Source: Eledone cirrhosa
Lineage: Eukaryota
Length of the DNA stretch: 64,000 nt
Direction: 5' to 3'
NCBI GenBank assembly: GCA_964016885.1
Contig: OZ024741.1
Span: 175,584,001-175,648,000 of the forward strand
The notes under the pieces were generated by a model that was not told the origin of the DNA, ran no database searches, and was given only the letters and a program-made list of their open reading frames with translations. Positions within the stretch are counted from its first letter, which is position 1. Every line of letters starts with the position of its first letter. A program made the translations under genes and the position numbers. Below are positions 26,515-41,810 of the stretch, piece after piece.

Positions 26515-29500
26515 AAAATTGTGAACGTTTTGCAGCACACTAGTCTAAAATTGTTAACGTTTTGCAGCCCACTAGCCTAACATTGTGAACGTTTTGCAGC
26601 ACACTAGTCTAACATTGTGAACGTTTTGCAGCACACTAGTCTAAAATTGTTAACGTTTTGCAGCCCACTAGCCTAACATTGTGAACGTTTTGCAGCCCAC
26701 TAGCCTAACATTGTGAACGTTTTGCAGCCCACTAGCCTAAAATTGTGAACGTTTTGCAGCCCACTAGCCTAACATTGTGAACGTTTTGCAGCCCACTAGC
26801 CTAACATTGTGAACGTTTTGCAGCCCACTAGCCTAAAATTGTGAACGTTTTGCAGCACACTAGCCTAAAATTGTGAACGTTTTGCAGCACACTAACCTAA
26901 AATTGTGAACGTTTTGCAGCCCACTAGCCTAACATTGTGAACGTTTTGCAGCCCACTAGCCTAAAATTGTGAACGTTTTGCAGCACACTAGCCTAAAATT
27001 GTGAACGTTTTGCAGCACACTAGCCTAAAATTGTGAACGTTTTGCAGCCCACTAGCCTAACATTGTGAACGTTTTGCAGCCCACTAGCCTAAAATTGTGA
27101 ACGTTTTGCAGCACACTAGCCTAAAATTGTGAACGTTTTGCAGCACACTAGCCTAAAATTGTGAACGTTTTGCAGCACACTAGCCTAACATTGTGAACGT
27201 TTTGCAGCACACTAGCCTAAAATTGTGAACGTTTTGCAGCACACTAGCCTAAAATTGTGAACGTTTTGCAGCACACTAGCCTAACATTGTGAACGTTTTG
27301 CAGCACACTAGCCTAACATTGTGAACGTTTTGCAGCACACTAGCCTAAAATTGTGAACGTTTTGCAGCACACTAGCCTAACATTGTGAACGTTTTGCAGC
27401 ACACTAGCCTAACATTGTGAACGTTTTGCAGCACACTAGCCTAAAATTGTGAACGTTTTGCAGCACACTAGCCTAACATTGTGAACGTTTTGCAGCACAC
27501 TAGCCTAAAATTGTGAACGTTTTGCAGCACACTAGCCTAACATTGTGAACGTTTTGCAGCACACTAGCCTAAAATTGTGAACGTTTTGCAGCACACTAGC
27601 CTAACATTGTGAACGTTTTGCAGCACACTAGCCTAAAATTGTGAACGTTTTGCAGCACACTAGCCTAAAATTGTGAACGTTTTGCAGCACACTAGCCTAA
27701 CATTGTGAACGTTTTGCAGCACACTAGCCTAAAATTGTGAACGTTTTGCAGCACACTAGCCTAACATTGTTAACGTTTTGCAGCCCACTAGCCTAAAATT
27801 GTGAACGTTTTGCAGCACACTAGCCTAACATTGTGAACGTTTTGCAGCACACTAGCCTAAAATTGTGAACGTTTTGCAGCACACTAGCCTAACATTGTGA
27901 ACGTTTTGCAGCACACTAGCCTAAAATTGTGAACGTTTTGCAGCACACTAGCCTAACATTGTGAACGTTTTGCAGCACACTAGCCTAAAATTGTGAACGT
28001 TTTGCAGCACACTAGCCTAAAATTGTGAACGTTTTGCAGCACACTAGCCTAAAATTGTGAACGTTTTGCAGCACACTAGCCTAAAATTGTGAACGTTTTG
28101 CAGCACACTAGCCTAAAATTGTGAACGTTTTGCAGCCCACTAGCCTAAAATTGTGAACGTTTTGCAGCACACTAGCCTAAAATTGTGAACGTTTTGCAGC
28201 ACACTAGCCTAACATTGTGAACGTTTTGCAGCCCACTAGCCTAAAATTGTGAACGTTTTGCAGCACACTAGCCTAACATTATTAACGTTTTGCAGCCCAC
28301 TAGCCTAAAATTGTGAACGTTTTGCAGCACACTAGCCTAAAATTGTGAACGTTTTGCAGCACACTAGCCTAAAATTGTGAACGTTTTGCAGCACCCTAGC
28401 CTAACATTGTGAACGTTTTGCAACCCACTAGCCTAACATTGTGAACGTTTTGCAGCACACTAGCCTAACATTGTGAACGTTTTGCAGCACACTAGCCTAA
28501 CATTGTGAACGTTTTGCAGCACACTAGCCTAAAATTGTGAACGTTTTGCAGCCCACTAGCCTAACATTGTGAACGTTTTGCAGCACACTAGCCTAAAATT
28601 GTGAACGTTTTGCAGCACACTAGCCTAAAATTGTGAACGTTTTGCAGCACACTAGCCTAAAATTGTGAACGTTTTGCAGCACACTAGCCTAACATTGTGA
28701 ACGTTTTGCAGCCCACTAGCCTAAAATTGTGAACGTTTTGCAACACACTAGCCTAACATTGTGAACGTTTTGCAGCACACTAGCCTAACATTGTGAACGT
28801 TTTGCAGCCCACTAGCCTAAAATTGTGAACGTTTTGCAGCACACTAGCCTAACATTGTGAACGTTTTGCAGCACACTAGCCTAACATTGTTAACGTTTTG
28901 CAGCACACTAGCCTAACATTGTGAACGTTTTGCAGCACACTAGCCAAACATTGTGAACGTTTTGCAGCCCACTAGCCTAAAATTGTGAACGTTTTGCAAA
29001 ACACTAGCCTAACATTGTGAACGTTTTGCAGCCCACTAGCCTAAAATTGTGAACGTTTTGCAGCACACTAGCCTAACATTGTGAACGTTTTGCAGCACAC
29101 TAGCCTAACATTGTTAACGTTTTGCAGCACACTAGCCTAACATTGTGAACGTTTTGCAGCACACTAGCCTAACATTGTGAACGTTTTGCAGCCCACTAGC
29201 CTAAAATTGTGAACGTTTTGCAACACACTAGCCTAACATTGTGAACGTTTTGCAGCCCACTAGCCTAAAATTGTGAACGTTTTGCAGCACACTAGCCTAA
29301 CATTGTTAACGTTTTGCAGCACACTAGCCTAACATTGTGAACGTTTTGCAGCACACTAGCCTAACATTGTTAACGTTTTGCAGCCCACTAGCCTAACATT
29401 GTGAACGTTTTGCAGCACACTAGCCTAAAATTGTGAACGTTTTGCAGCACACTAGCCTAAAATTGTGAACGTTTTGCAGCACACTAGCCTAACATTGTGA

Positions 29501-32500
29501 ACGTTTTGCAGCACACTAGCCTAACATTGTGAACGTTTTGCAGCACACTAGCCTAAAATTGTGAACGTTTTGCAGCACACTAGCCTAACATTGTGAACGT
29601 TTTGCAGCACACTAGCCTAACATTGTGAACGTTTTGCAGCACACTAGCCTAAAATTGTGAACGTTTTGCAGCACACTAGCCTAACATTGTGAACGTTTTG
29701 CAGCACACTAGCCTAAAATTGTGAACGTTTTGCAGCACACTAGCCTAACATTGTGAACGTTTTGCAGCACACTAGCCTAAAATTGTGAACGTTTTGCAGC
29801 ACACTAGCCTAACATTGTGAACGTTTTGCAGCACACTAGCCTAAAATTGTGAACGTTTTGCAGCACACTAGCCTAAAATTGTGAACGTTTTGCAGCACAC
29901 TAGCCTAACATTGTGAACGTTTTGCAGCACACTAGCCTAAAATTGTGAACGTTTTGCAGCACACTAGCCTAACATTGTTAACGTTTTGCAGCCCACTAGC
30001 CTAAAATTGTGAACGTTTTGCAGCACACTAGCCTAACATTGTGAACGTTTTGCAGCACACTAGCCTAAAATTGTGAACGTTTTGCAGCACACTAGCCTAA
30101 CATTGTGAACGTTTTGCAGCACACTAGCCTAAAATTGTGAACGTTTTGCAGCACACTAGCCTAACATTGTGAACGTTTTGCAGCACACTAGCCTAAAATT
30201 GTGAACGTTTTGCAGCACACTAGCCTAAAATTGTGAACGTTTTGCAGCACACTAGCCTAAAATTGTGAACGTTTTGCAGCACACTAGCCTAAAATTGTGA
30301 ACGTTTTGCAGCACACTAGCCTAAAATTGTGAACGTTTTGCAGCCCACTAGCCTAAAATTGTGAACGTTTTGCAGCACACTAGCCTAAAATTGTGAACGT
30401 TTTGCAGCACACTAGCCTAACATTGTGAACGTTTTGCAGCCCACTAGCCTAAAATTGTGAACGTTTTGCAGCACACTAGCCTAACATTGTTAACGTTTTG
30501 CAGCCCACTAGCCTAAAATTGTGAACGTTTTGCAGCACACTAGCCTAAAATTGTGAACGTTTTGCAGCACACTAGCCTAAAATTGTGAACGTTTTGCAGC
30601 ACCCTAGCCTAACATTGTGAACGTTTTGCAACCCACTAGCCTAACATTGTGAACGTTTTGCAGCACACTAGCCTAACATTGTGAACGTTTTGCAGCACAC
30701 TAGCCTAACATTGTGAACGTTTTGCAGCACACTAGCCTAAAATTGTGAACGTTTTGCAGCCCACTAGCCTAACATTGTGAACGTTTTGCAGCACACTAGC
30801 CTAAAATTGTGAACGTTTTGCAGCACACTAGCCTAAAATTGTGAACGTTTTGCAGCACACTAGCCTAAAATTGTGAACGTTTTGCAGCACACTAGCCTAA
30901 CATTGTGAACGTTTTGCAGCCCACTAGCCTAAAATTGTGAACGTTTTGCAACACACTAGCCTAACATTGTGAACGTTTTGCAGCACACTAGCCTAACATT
31001 GTGAACGTTTTGCAGCCCACTAGCCTAAAATTGTGAACGTTTTGCAGCACACTAGCCTAACATTGTGAACGTTTTGCAGCACACTAGCCTAACATTGTTA
31101 ACGTTTTGCAGCACACTAGCCTAACATTGTGAACGTTTTGCAGCACACTAGCCTAACATTGTGAACGTTTTGCAGCCCACTAGCCTAAAATTGTGAACGT
31201 TTTGCAAAACACTAGCCTAACATTGTGAACGTTTTGCAGCCCACTAGCCTAAAATTGTGAACGTTTTGCAGCACACTAGCCTAACATTGTGAACGTTTTG
31301 CAGCACACTAGCCTAACATTGTTAACGTTTTGCAGCACACTAGCCTAACATTGTGAACGTTTTGCAGCACACTAGCCTAACATTGTGAACGTTTTGCAGC
31401 CCACTAGCCTAAAATTGTGAACGTTTTGCAACACACTAGCCTAACATTGTGAACGTTTTGCAGCCCACTAGCCTAAAATTGTGAACGTTTTGCAGCACAC
31501 TAGCCTAACATTGTTAACGTTTTGCAGCACACTAGCCTAACATTGTGAACGTTTTGCAGCACACTAGCCTAACATTGTTAACGTTTTGCAGCCCACTAGC
31601 CTAACATTGTGAACGTTTTGCAGCACACTAGCCTAACATTGTTAACGTTTTGCAGCACACTAGCCTAACATTGTGAACGTTTTGCAGCACACTAGCCTAA
31701 CATTGTTAACGTTTTGCAGCCCACTAGCCTAACATTGTGAACGTTTTGCAGCACACTAGCCTAACATTGTTAACGTTTTGCAGCACACTAGCCTAACATT
31801 GTGAACGTTTTGCAGCACACTAGCCTAACATTGTTAACGTTTTGCAGCCCACTAGCCTAAAATTGTGAACGTTTTGCAGCACACTAGCCTAACATTGTGA
31901 ACGTTTTGCAGCACACTAGCCTAACATTGTGAACGTTTTGCAACCCACTAGCCTAACATTGTGAACGTTTTGCAACACACTAGCCTAACATTGTGAACGT
32001 TTTGCAGCACACTAGCCTAACATTGTGAACGTTTTGCAGCACACTAGCCTAACATTGTGAACGTTTTGCAGCACACTAGCCTAACATTGTTAACGTTTTG
32101 CAGCCCACTAGCCTAAAATTGTGAACGTTTTGCAGCACACTAGCCTAACATTGTGAACGTTTTGCAACCCACTAGCCTAACATTGTGAACGTTTTGCAGC
32201 ACACTAGCCTAACATTGTGAACGTTTTGCAGCACACTAGCCTAACATTGTGAACGTTTTGCAGCCCACTAGCCTAAAATTGTGAACGTTTTGCAGCACAC
32301 TAGCTTAACATTGTGAACGTTTTGCAGCCCACTAGCCTAAAATTGTGAACGTTTTGCAGCACACTCGCCTAACATTGTGAACGTTTTGCAACACACTAGC
32401 CAAACATTGTGAACGTTTTGCAGCCCACTAGCCTAAAATTGTGAACGTTTTGCAGCACACTAGCCTAACATTGTGAACGTTTTGCAGCCCACTAGCCTAA

Positions 32501-35500
32501 AATTGTGAACGTTTTGCAGCCCACTAGCCTAAAATTGTGAACGTTTTGCAGCACACTAGCCTAACATTGTGAACGTTTTGCAACCCACTAGCCTAACATT
32601 GTGAACGTTTTGCAGCACACTAGCCTAACATTGTGAACGTTTTGCAGCACACTAGCCTAACATTGTGAACGTTTTGCAGCCCACTAGCCTAAAATTGTGA
32701 ACGTTTTGCAGCACACTAGCTTAACATTGTCAACGTTTTGCAGCCCACTAGCCTAAAATTGTGAACGTTTTGCAGCACACTAGCCTAACATTGTTAACGT
32801 TTTGCAGCACACTAGCCTAACATTGTGAACGTTTTGCAGCACACTAGCCTAACATTGTTAACGTTTTGCAGCCCACTAGCCTAACATTGTGAACGTTTTG
32901 CAGCCCACTAGCCTAAAATTGTGAACGTTTTGCAGCACACTAGCCTAACATTGTGAACGTTTTGCAGCACACTAGCCTAACATTGTGAACGTTTTGCACA
33001 CACTAGCCTAAAATTGTGAACGTTTTGCAGCCCACTAGCCTAACATTGCGAACGTTTTGCAGCACACTAGCCTAACATTGTGAACGTTTTGCAGCACACT
33101 AGCCTAACATTGTGAACGTTTTGCAGCACACTAGCCTAAAATTGTGAACGTTTTGCAGCACACTAGCCTAACATTGTTAACGTTTTGCAGCCCACTAGCC
33201 TAACATTGTGAACGTTTTGCAGCCCACTAGCCTAAAATTGTGAACGTTTTGCAGCCCACTAGCCTAACATTGTTAACGTTTTGCAGCACACTAGCCTAAC
33301 ATTGTTAACGTTTTGCAGCACACTAGCCTAACATTGTGAACGTTTTGCAGCACACTAGCCTAAAATTGTGAACGTTTTGCAGCACACTAGCCTAAAATTG
33401 TGAACGTTTTGCAGCACACTAGCCTAAAATTGTGAACGTTTTGCAGCACACTAGCCTAAAATTGTGAACGTTTTGCAGCACACTAGCCTAAAATTGTGAA
33501 CGTTTTGCAGCACACTAGCCTAAAATTGTGAACGTTTTGCAGCACACTAGCCTAAAATTGTGAACGTTTTGCAGCACACTAGCCTAAAATTGTGAACGTT
33601 TTGCAGCACACTAGCCTAAAATTGTGAACGTTTTGCAGCACACTAGCCTAAAATTGTGAACGTTTTGCAGCACACTAGCCTAAAATTGTGAACGTTTTGC
33701 AGCACACTAGCCTAAAATTGTGAACGTTTTGCAGCACACTAGCCTAAAATTGTGAACGTTTTGCAGCACACTAGCCTAAAATTGTGAACGTTTTGCAGCA
33801 CACTAGCCTAAAATTGTGAACGTTTTGCAGCACACTAGCCTAAAATTGTTAACGTTTTGCAGCACACTAGCCTAAAATTGTGAACGTTTTGCAGCACACT
33901 AGCCTAACATTGTTAACGTTTTGCAGCACACTAGCCTAACATTGTTAACGTTTTGCAGCACACTAGCCTAACATTGTTAACGTTTTGCAGCCCACTAGCC
34001 TAACATTGTGAACGTTTTGCAGCACACTAGCCTAAAATTGTGAACGTTTTGCAGCACACTAGCCTAAAATTGTGAACGTTTTGCAGCCCACTAGCCTAAA
34101 ATTGTGAACGTTTTGCAGCCCACTAGCCTAACATTGTGAACGTTTTGCAGCACACTAGCCTAAAATTGTGAACGTTTTGCAGCACACTAGCCTAAAATTG
34201 TGAACGTTTTGCAGCCCACTAGCCTAAAATTGTGAACGTTTTGCAGCACACTAGCCTAACATTGTTAACGTTTTGCAGCCCACTAGCCTAAAATTGTGAA
34301 CGTTTTGCAGCACACTAGCCTAACATTGTTAACGTTTTGCAGCACACTAGCCTAAAATTGTGAACGTTTTGCAGCACACTAGCCTAACATTGTGAACGTT
34401 TTGCAGCACACTAGCCTAACATTGTTAACGTTTTGCAGCACACTAGCCTAACATTGTGAACGTTTTGCAGCACACTAGCCTAAAATTGTGAACGTTTTGC
34501 AGCACACTAGCCTAACATTGTTAACGTTTTGCAGCACACTAGCCTAAAATTGTGAACGTTTTGCAGCACACTAGCCTAAAATTGTGAACGTTTTGCAGCA
34601 CACTAGCCTAACATTGTGAACGTTTTGCAGCACACTAGCCTAACATTGTGAACGTTTTGCAGCACACTAGCCTAAAATTGTGAACGTTTTGCAGCACACT
34701 AGCCTAACATTGTGAACGTTTTGCAGCACACTAGCCTAAAATTGTGAACGTTTTGCAGCACACTAGCCTAACATTGTGAACGTTTTGCAGCACACTAGCC
34801 TAAAATTGTGAACGTTTTGCAGCACACTAGCCTAAAATTGTGAACGTTTTGCAGCACACTAGCCTAACATTGTGAACGTTTTGCAACCCACTAGCCTAAC
34901 ATTGTGAACGTTTTGCAGCACACTAGCCTAACATTGTGAACGTTTTGCAGCACACTAGCCTAAAATTGTGAACGTTTTGCAGCACACTAGCCTAAAATTG
35001 TGAACGTTTTGCAGCACACTAGCCTAACATTGTGAACGTTTTGCAACCCACTAGCCTAACATTGTGAACGTTTTGCAGCACACTAGCCTAACATTGTGAA
35101 CGTTTTGCAGCACACTAGCCTAACATTGTGAACGTTTTGCAGCCCACTAGCCTAACATTGTGAACGTTTTGCAGCACACTAGCCTAAAATTGTGAACGTT
35201 TTGCACACACTAGCCTAAAATTGTGAACGTTTTGCAGCACACTAGCCTAACATTGTGAACGTTTTGCAGCACACTAGCCTAACATTGTTAACGTTTTGCA
35301 GCCCACTAGCCTAACATTGTGAACGTTTTGCAGCACACTAGCCTAACATTGTGAACGTTTTGCAGCACACTAGCCTAACATTGTGAACGTTTTGCAGCAC
35401 ACTAGCCTAACATTGTGAACGTTTTGCAGCACACTAGCCTAACATTGTGAACGTTTTGCAGCACACTAGCCTAACATTGTTAACTTTTTGCAGCCCACTA

Positions 35501-38500
35501 GCCTAACATTGTGAACGTTTTGCAGCATACTAGCCTAACATTGTGAACGTTTTGCAGCACACTAGCCTAACATTGTGAACGTTTTGCAGCACACTAGCCT
35601 AACATTGTTAACGCTTTGCAGCCCACTAGCCTAAAATTGTGAACGTTTTGCAACACACTAGCCTAACATTGTGAACGTTTTGCAGCCCACTAGCCTAACA
35701 TTGTGAACGTTTTGCAGCACACTAGCCTAACATTGTTAACGTTTTGCAACACACTAGCCTAAAATTGTGAACGTTTTGCAGCCCACTAGCCTAACATTGT
35801 GAACGTTTTCCAGCACACTAGCCTAAAATTGTGAACGTTTTGCAACACACTAGCCTAAAATTGTGAACGTTTTGCAGCACACTAGCCTAACATTGTTAAC
35901 GTTTTGCAGCACACTAGCCTAACATTGTGAACGTTTTGCAGCCCACTAGCCTAAAATTGTGAACGTTTTGCAGCCCACTAGCCTAACATTGTGAACGTTT
36001 TCCAGCACACTAGCCTAAAATTGTGAACGTTTTGCAACACACTAGCCTAAAATTGTGAACGTTTTGCAGCACACTAGCCTAACATTGTTAACGTTTTGCA
36101 GCACACTAGCCTAACATTGTGAACGTTTTGCAGCCCACTAGCCTAAAATTGTGAACGTTTTGCAGCACACTAGCCTAACATTGTGAACGTTTTGCAGCCC
36201 ACTAGCCTAAAATTGTGAACGTTTTGCAGCACACTAGCCTAACATTGTGAACGTTTTGCAGCCCACTAGCCTAAAATTGTGAACGTTTTGCAGCACACTA
36301 GCCTAACATTGTGAACGTTTTGCAGCACACTAGCCTAACATTGTGAACGTTTTGCAGCCCACTAGCCTAAAATTGTGAACGTTTTGCAGCCCACTAGCCT
36401 AACATTGTGAACGTTTTGCAGCCCACTAGCCTAAAATTGTGAACGTTTTGCAGCACACTAGCCTAACATTGTTAACGTTTTGCAGCACACTAGCCTAACA
36501 TTGTGAACGTTTTGCAGCACACTAGCCTAACATTGTGAACGTTTTGCAGCACACTAGCCTAACATTGTGAACGTTTTGCAGCACACTAGCCTAACATTGT
36601 GAACGTTTTGCAGCCCACTAGCCTAACATTGTGAACGTTTTGCAGCACACTAGCCTAACATTGTGAACGTTTTGCAGCACACTAGCCTAACATTGTGAAC
36701 GTTTTGCAGCCCACTAGCCTAACATTGTGAACGTTTTGCAGCACACTAGCCTAACATTGTGAACGTTTTGCAGCACACTAGCCTAACATTGTGAACGTTT
36801 TGCAGCACACTAGCCTAACATTGTGAACGTTTTGCAGCACACTAGCCTAACATTGTGAACGTTTTGCAGCACACTAGCCTAACATTGTGAACGTTTTGCA
36901 GCACACTAGCCTAACACTGTGAACGTTTTGCAGCCCACTAGCCTAACATTGTGAACGTTTTGCAGCACACTAGCCTAACATTGTGAACGTTTTGCAGCAC
37001 ACTAGCCTAACATTGTGAACGTTTTGCAGCACACTAGCCTAACATTGTGAACGTTTTGCAGCACACTAGCCTAACATTGTGAACGTTTTGCAGCCCACTA
37101 GCCCAACCTTGTGAACGTTTTGCAGCCCACTAGCCTAACATTGTGAACGTTTTGCAGCACACTAGCCTAACATTGTGAACGTTTTGCAGCACACTAGCCT
37201 AACACTGTGAACGTTTTGCAGCCCACTAGCCTAAAATTGTGAACGTTTTGCAGCACACTAGCCTAACATTGTTAACGTTTTGCAGCCCACTAGCCTAACA
37301 TTGTGAACGTTTTGCAGCACACTAGCCTAAAATTGTGAACGTTTTGCAGCACACTAGCCTAAAATTGTGAACGTTTTGCAGCACACTCGCCTAACATTGT
37401 GAACGTTTTGCAACACACTAGCCAAACATTGTGAACGTTTTGCAGCCCACTAGCCTAAAATTGTGAACGTTTTGCAGCCCACTAGCCTAAAATTGTGAAC
37501 GTTTTGCAGCACACTAGCCTAACATTGTTAACGTTTTGCAGCCCACTAGCCTAAAATTGTGAACGTTTTGCAGCACACTAGCCTAAAATTGTGAACGTTT
37601 TGCAGCACACTAGCCTAACATTGTGAACGTTTTGCAACCCACTAGCCTAACATTGTGAACGTTTTGCAGCACACTAGCCTAACATTGTGAACGTTTTGCA
37701 GCACACTAGCCTAACATTGTGAACGTTTTGCAGCACACTAGCCTAACATTGTGAACGTTTTGCAGCCCACTAGCCTAAAATTGTGAACGTTTTGCAGCAC
37801 ACTAGCCTAACATTGTGAACGTTTTGCAGCACACTAGCCTAAAATTGTGAACGTTTTGCAGCCCACTAGCCTAAAATTGTGAACGTTTTGCAGCACACTA
37901 GCCTAACATTGTGAACGTTTTGCAGCACACTAGCCTAACATTGTTAACGTTTTGCAGCACACTAGCCTAACATTGTGAACGTTTTGCAGCACACTAGCCT
38001 AACATTGTGAACGTTTTGCAGCCCACTAGCCTAAAATTGTGAACGTTTTGCAGCACACTAGCCTAACATTGTGAACGTTTTGCAGCACACTAGCCTAACA
38101 TTGTTAACGTTTTGCAGCCCACTAGCCTAAAATTGTGAACGTTTTGCAACACACTAGCCTAACATTGTGAACGTTTTGCAGCCCACTAGCCTAAAATTGT
38201 GAACGTTTTGCAACACACTAGCCTAACATTGTGAACGTTTTGCAGCCCACTAGCCTAAAATTGTGAACGTTTTGCAGCACACTAGCCTAAAATTGTGAAC
38301 GTTTTGCAGCACACTAGCCTAAAATTGTGAACGTTTTGCAGCACACTAGCCTAACATTGTGAACGTTTTGCAACCCACTAGCCTAACATTGTGAACGTTT
38401 TGCAGCACACTAGCCTAACATTGTGAACGTTTTGCAGCACACTAGCCTAAAATTGTGAACGTTTTGCAGCACACTAGCCTAAAATTGTGAACGTTTTGCA

Positions 38501-41500
38501 GCACACTAGCCTAACATTGTGAACGTTTTGCAACCCACTAGCCTAACATTGTGAACGTTTTGCAGCACACTAGCCTAACATTGTGAACGTTTTGCAGCAC
38601 ACTAGCCTAACATTGTGAACGTTTTGCAGCACACTAGCCTAAAATTGTGAACGTTTTGCAGCACACTAGCCTAAAATTGTTAACGTTTTGCAGCACACTA
38701 GCCTAACATTGTGAACGTTTTGCAGCACACTAGCCTAACATTGTGAACGTTTTGCAGCACACTAGCCTAAAATTGTGAACGTTTTGCAGCACACTAGCCT
38801 AAAATTGTTAACGTTTTGCAGCACACTAGCCTAACATTGTGAACGTTTTGCAGCACACTAGCCTAACATTGTGAACGTTTTGCAGCACACTAGCCTAAAA
38901 TTGTGAACGTTTTGCAGCACACTAGCCTAAAATTGTTAACGTTTTGCAGCACACTAGCCTAACATTGTGAACGTTTTGCAGCACACTAGCCTAACATTGT
39001 GAACGTTTTGCAGCACACTAGCCTAACATTGTGAACGTTTTGCAGCACACTAGCCTAACATTGTGAACGTTTTGCAGCCCACTAGCCTAAAATTGTTAAC
39101 GTTTTGCAGCACACTAGCCTAAAATTGTGAACGTTTTGCAGCACACTAGCCTAACATTGTTAACGTTTTGCAGCCCACTAGCCTAAAATTGTGAACGTTT
39201 TGCAGCACACTAGCCTAAAATTGTGAACGTTTTGCAGCACACTAGCCTAACATTGTTAACGTTTTGCAGCCCACTAGCCTAACATTGTGAACGTTTTGCA
39301 GCACACTAGCCTAACATTGTGAACGTTTTGCAGCACACTAGCCTAACATTGTGAACGTTTTGCAGCACACTAGCCTAACATTGTGAACGTTTTGCAGCAC
39401 ACTAGCCTAACATTGTTAACGTTTTGCAGCCCACTAGCCTAACATTGTGAACGTTTTGCAGCATACTAGCCTAACATTGTGAACGTTTTGCAGCACACTA
39501 GCCTAACATTGTGAACGTTTTGCAGCACACTAGCCTAACATTGTTAACGCTTTGCAGCCCACTAGCCTAAAATTGTGAACGTTTTGCAACACACTAGCCT
39601 AACATTGTGAACGTTTTGCAGCCCACTAGCCTAACATTGTGAACGTTTTGCAGCCCACTAGCCTAAAATTGTGAACGTTTTGCAGCACACTAGCCTAACA
39701 TTGTGAACGTTTTGCAGCCCACTAGCCTAAAATTGTGAACGTTTTGCAACACACTAGCCTAACATTGTGAACGTTTTGCAGCACACTAGCCTAACATTGT
39801 TAACGCTTTGCAGCCCACTAGCCTAAAATTGTGAACGTTTTGCAACACACTAGCCTAACATTGTGAACGTTTTGCAGCCCACTAGCCTAACATTGTGAAC
39901 GTTTTGCAGCCCACTAGCCTAAAATTGTGAACGTTTTGCAGCCCACTAGCCTAAAATTGTGAACGTTTTGCAGCCCACTAGCCTAAAATTGTGAACGTTT
40001 TGCAGCCCACTAGCCTAACATTGTGAACGTTTTGCAGCACACTAGCCTAACATTGTGAACGTTTTGCAGCACACTAGCCTAAAATTGTGAACGTTTTGCA
40101 GCCCACTAGCCTAACATTGTGAACGTTTTGCAGCACACTAGCCTAACATTGTGAACGTTTTGCAGTACACTAGCCTAACATTGTTAACGTTTTGCAGCAC
40201 ACTAGCCTAACATTGTGAACGTTTTGCAGCACACTAGCCTAAAATTGTGAACGTTTTGCAGCACACTAGCCTAAAATTGTGAACGTTTTGCAGCCCACTA
40301 GCCTAAAATTGTTAACGTTTTGCAGCCCACTAGCCTAAAATTGTGAACGTTTTGCAGCACACTAGCCTAAAATTGTGAACGTTTTGCAGCCCACTAGCCT
40401 AACATTGTGAACGTTTTGCAGCCCACTAGCCTAACATTGTGAACGTTTTGCAGCCCACTAGCCTAAAACTGTGAACGTTTTGCAGCACACTAGCCTAACA
40501 TTGTGAACGTTTTGCAGCACACTAGCCTAACATTGTGAACGTTTTGCAGCACACTAGCCTAACATTGTGAACGTTTTGCAGCACACTAGCCTAACATTGT
40601 GAACGTTTTGCAGCACACTAGCCTAAAACTGTGAACGTTTTGCAGCACACTAGCCTAAAATTGTGAACGTTTTGCAGCACACTAGCCTAACATTGTGAAC
40701 GTTTTGCAGCACACTAGCCTAACATTGTGAACGTTTTGCAGCACACTAGCCTAACATTGTGAACGTTTTGCAGCACACTAGCCTAAAATTGTGAACGTTT
40801 TGCAGCACACTAGCCTAAAATTGTGAACGTTTTGCAGCCCACTAGCCTAACATTGTGAACGTTTTGCAGCCCACTAGCCTAAAACTGTGAACGTTTTGCA
40901 GCACACTAGCCTAACATTGTGAACGTTTTGCAGCCCACTAGCCTAACATTGTGAACGTTTTGCAGCCCACTAGCCTAACATTGTGAACGTTTTGCAGCAC
41001 ACTAGCCTAACATTGTGAACGTTTTGCAGCACACTAGCCTAACATTGTGAACGTTTTGCAGCACACTAGCCTAAAATTGTGAACGTTTTGCAGCACACTA
41101 GCCTAAAATTGTGAACGTTTTGCAGCCCACTAGCCTAACATTGTGAACGTTTTGCAGCACACTAGCCTAAAATTGTGAACGTTTTGCAGCACACTAGCCT
41201 AACATTGTGAACGTTTTGCAGCACACTAGCCTAACATTGTTAACGTTTTGCAGCACACTAGCCTAACATTGTGAACGTTTTGCAGCACACTAGCCTAACA
41301 TTGTGAACGTTTTGCAGCACACTAGTCTAATATTGTGAACGTTTTGCAGCCCACTAGCCTAAAATTGTGAACGTTTTGCAGCACACTAGCCTAAAATTGT
41401 GAACGTTTTGCAGCACACTAGCCTAACATTGTGAACGTTTTGCAGCACACTAGCCTAAAATTGTGAACGTTTTGCAGCCCACTAGCCTAACATTGTGAAC

Positions 41501-41779
41501 GTTTTGCAGCCCACTAGCCTAACATTGTGAACGTTTTGCAGCACACTAGCCTAAAATTGTGAACGTTTTGCAGCCCACTAGCCTAACATTGTGAACGTTT
41601 TGCAGCACACTAGCCTAACATTGTTAACGTTTTGCAGCCCTCTAGCCTAAAATTGTGAACGTTTTGCAGCCCACTAGCCTAACATTGCGAACGTTTTGCA
41701 GCACACTAGCCTAACATTGTGAACGTTTTGCAGCCCTCTAGCCTAAAATTGTGAACGTTTTGCAGCACACTAGCCTAAA
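26515..41779. repeat. 32-bp tandem satellite, ~477 copies, consensus aa(a/c)attgt(g/t)aacgttttgcagc(a/c)cactagcct
   Basis: Uninterrupted head-to-tail monomers, no spacers; 15265 bp / 32. Confidence 0.98.
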
Positions 41780-41810
41780 TAATGTAAGTCGGACACTCAT
41801 TTTAACTGAT

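Noticed and set aside
26515-41779. CRISPR array (32-bp repeat with palindromic aacgtt)
   Set aside because: No unique spacers, no cas genes, eukaryotic context.
26515-41779. Telomere-like array (TTAGGC on minus strand) or repetitive coding sequence
   Set aside because: Only one hexamer per 32-bp monomer; 32 is not a multiple of 3 and stops occur, no ORF in the track.
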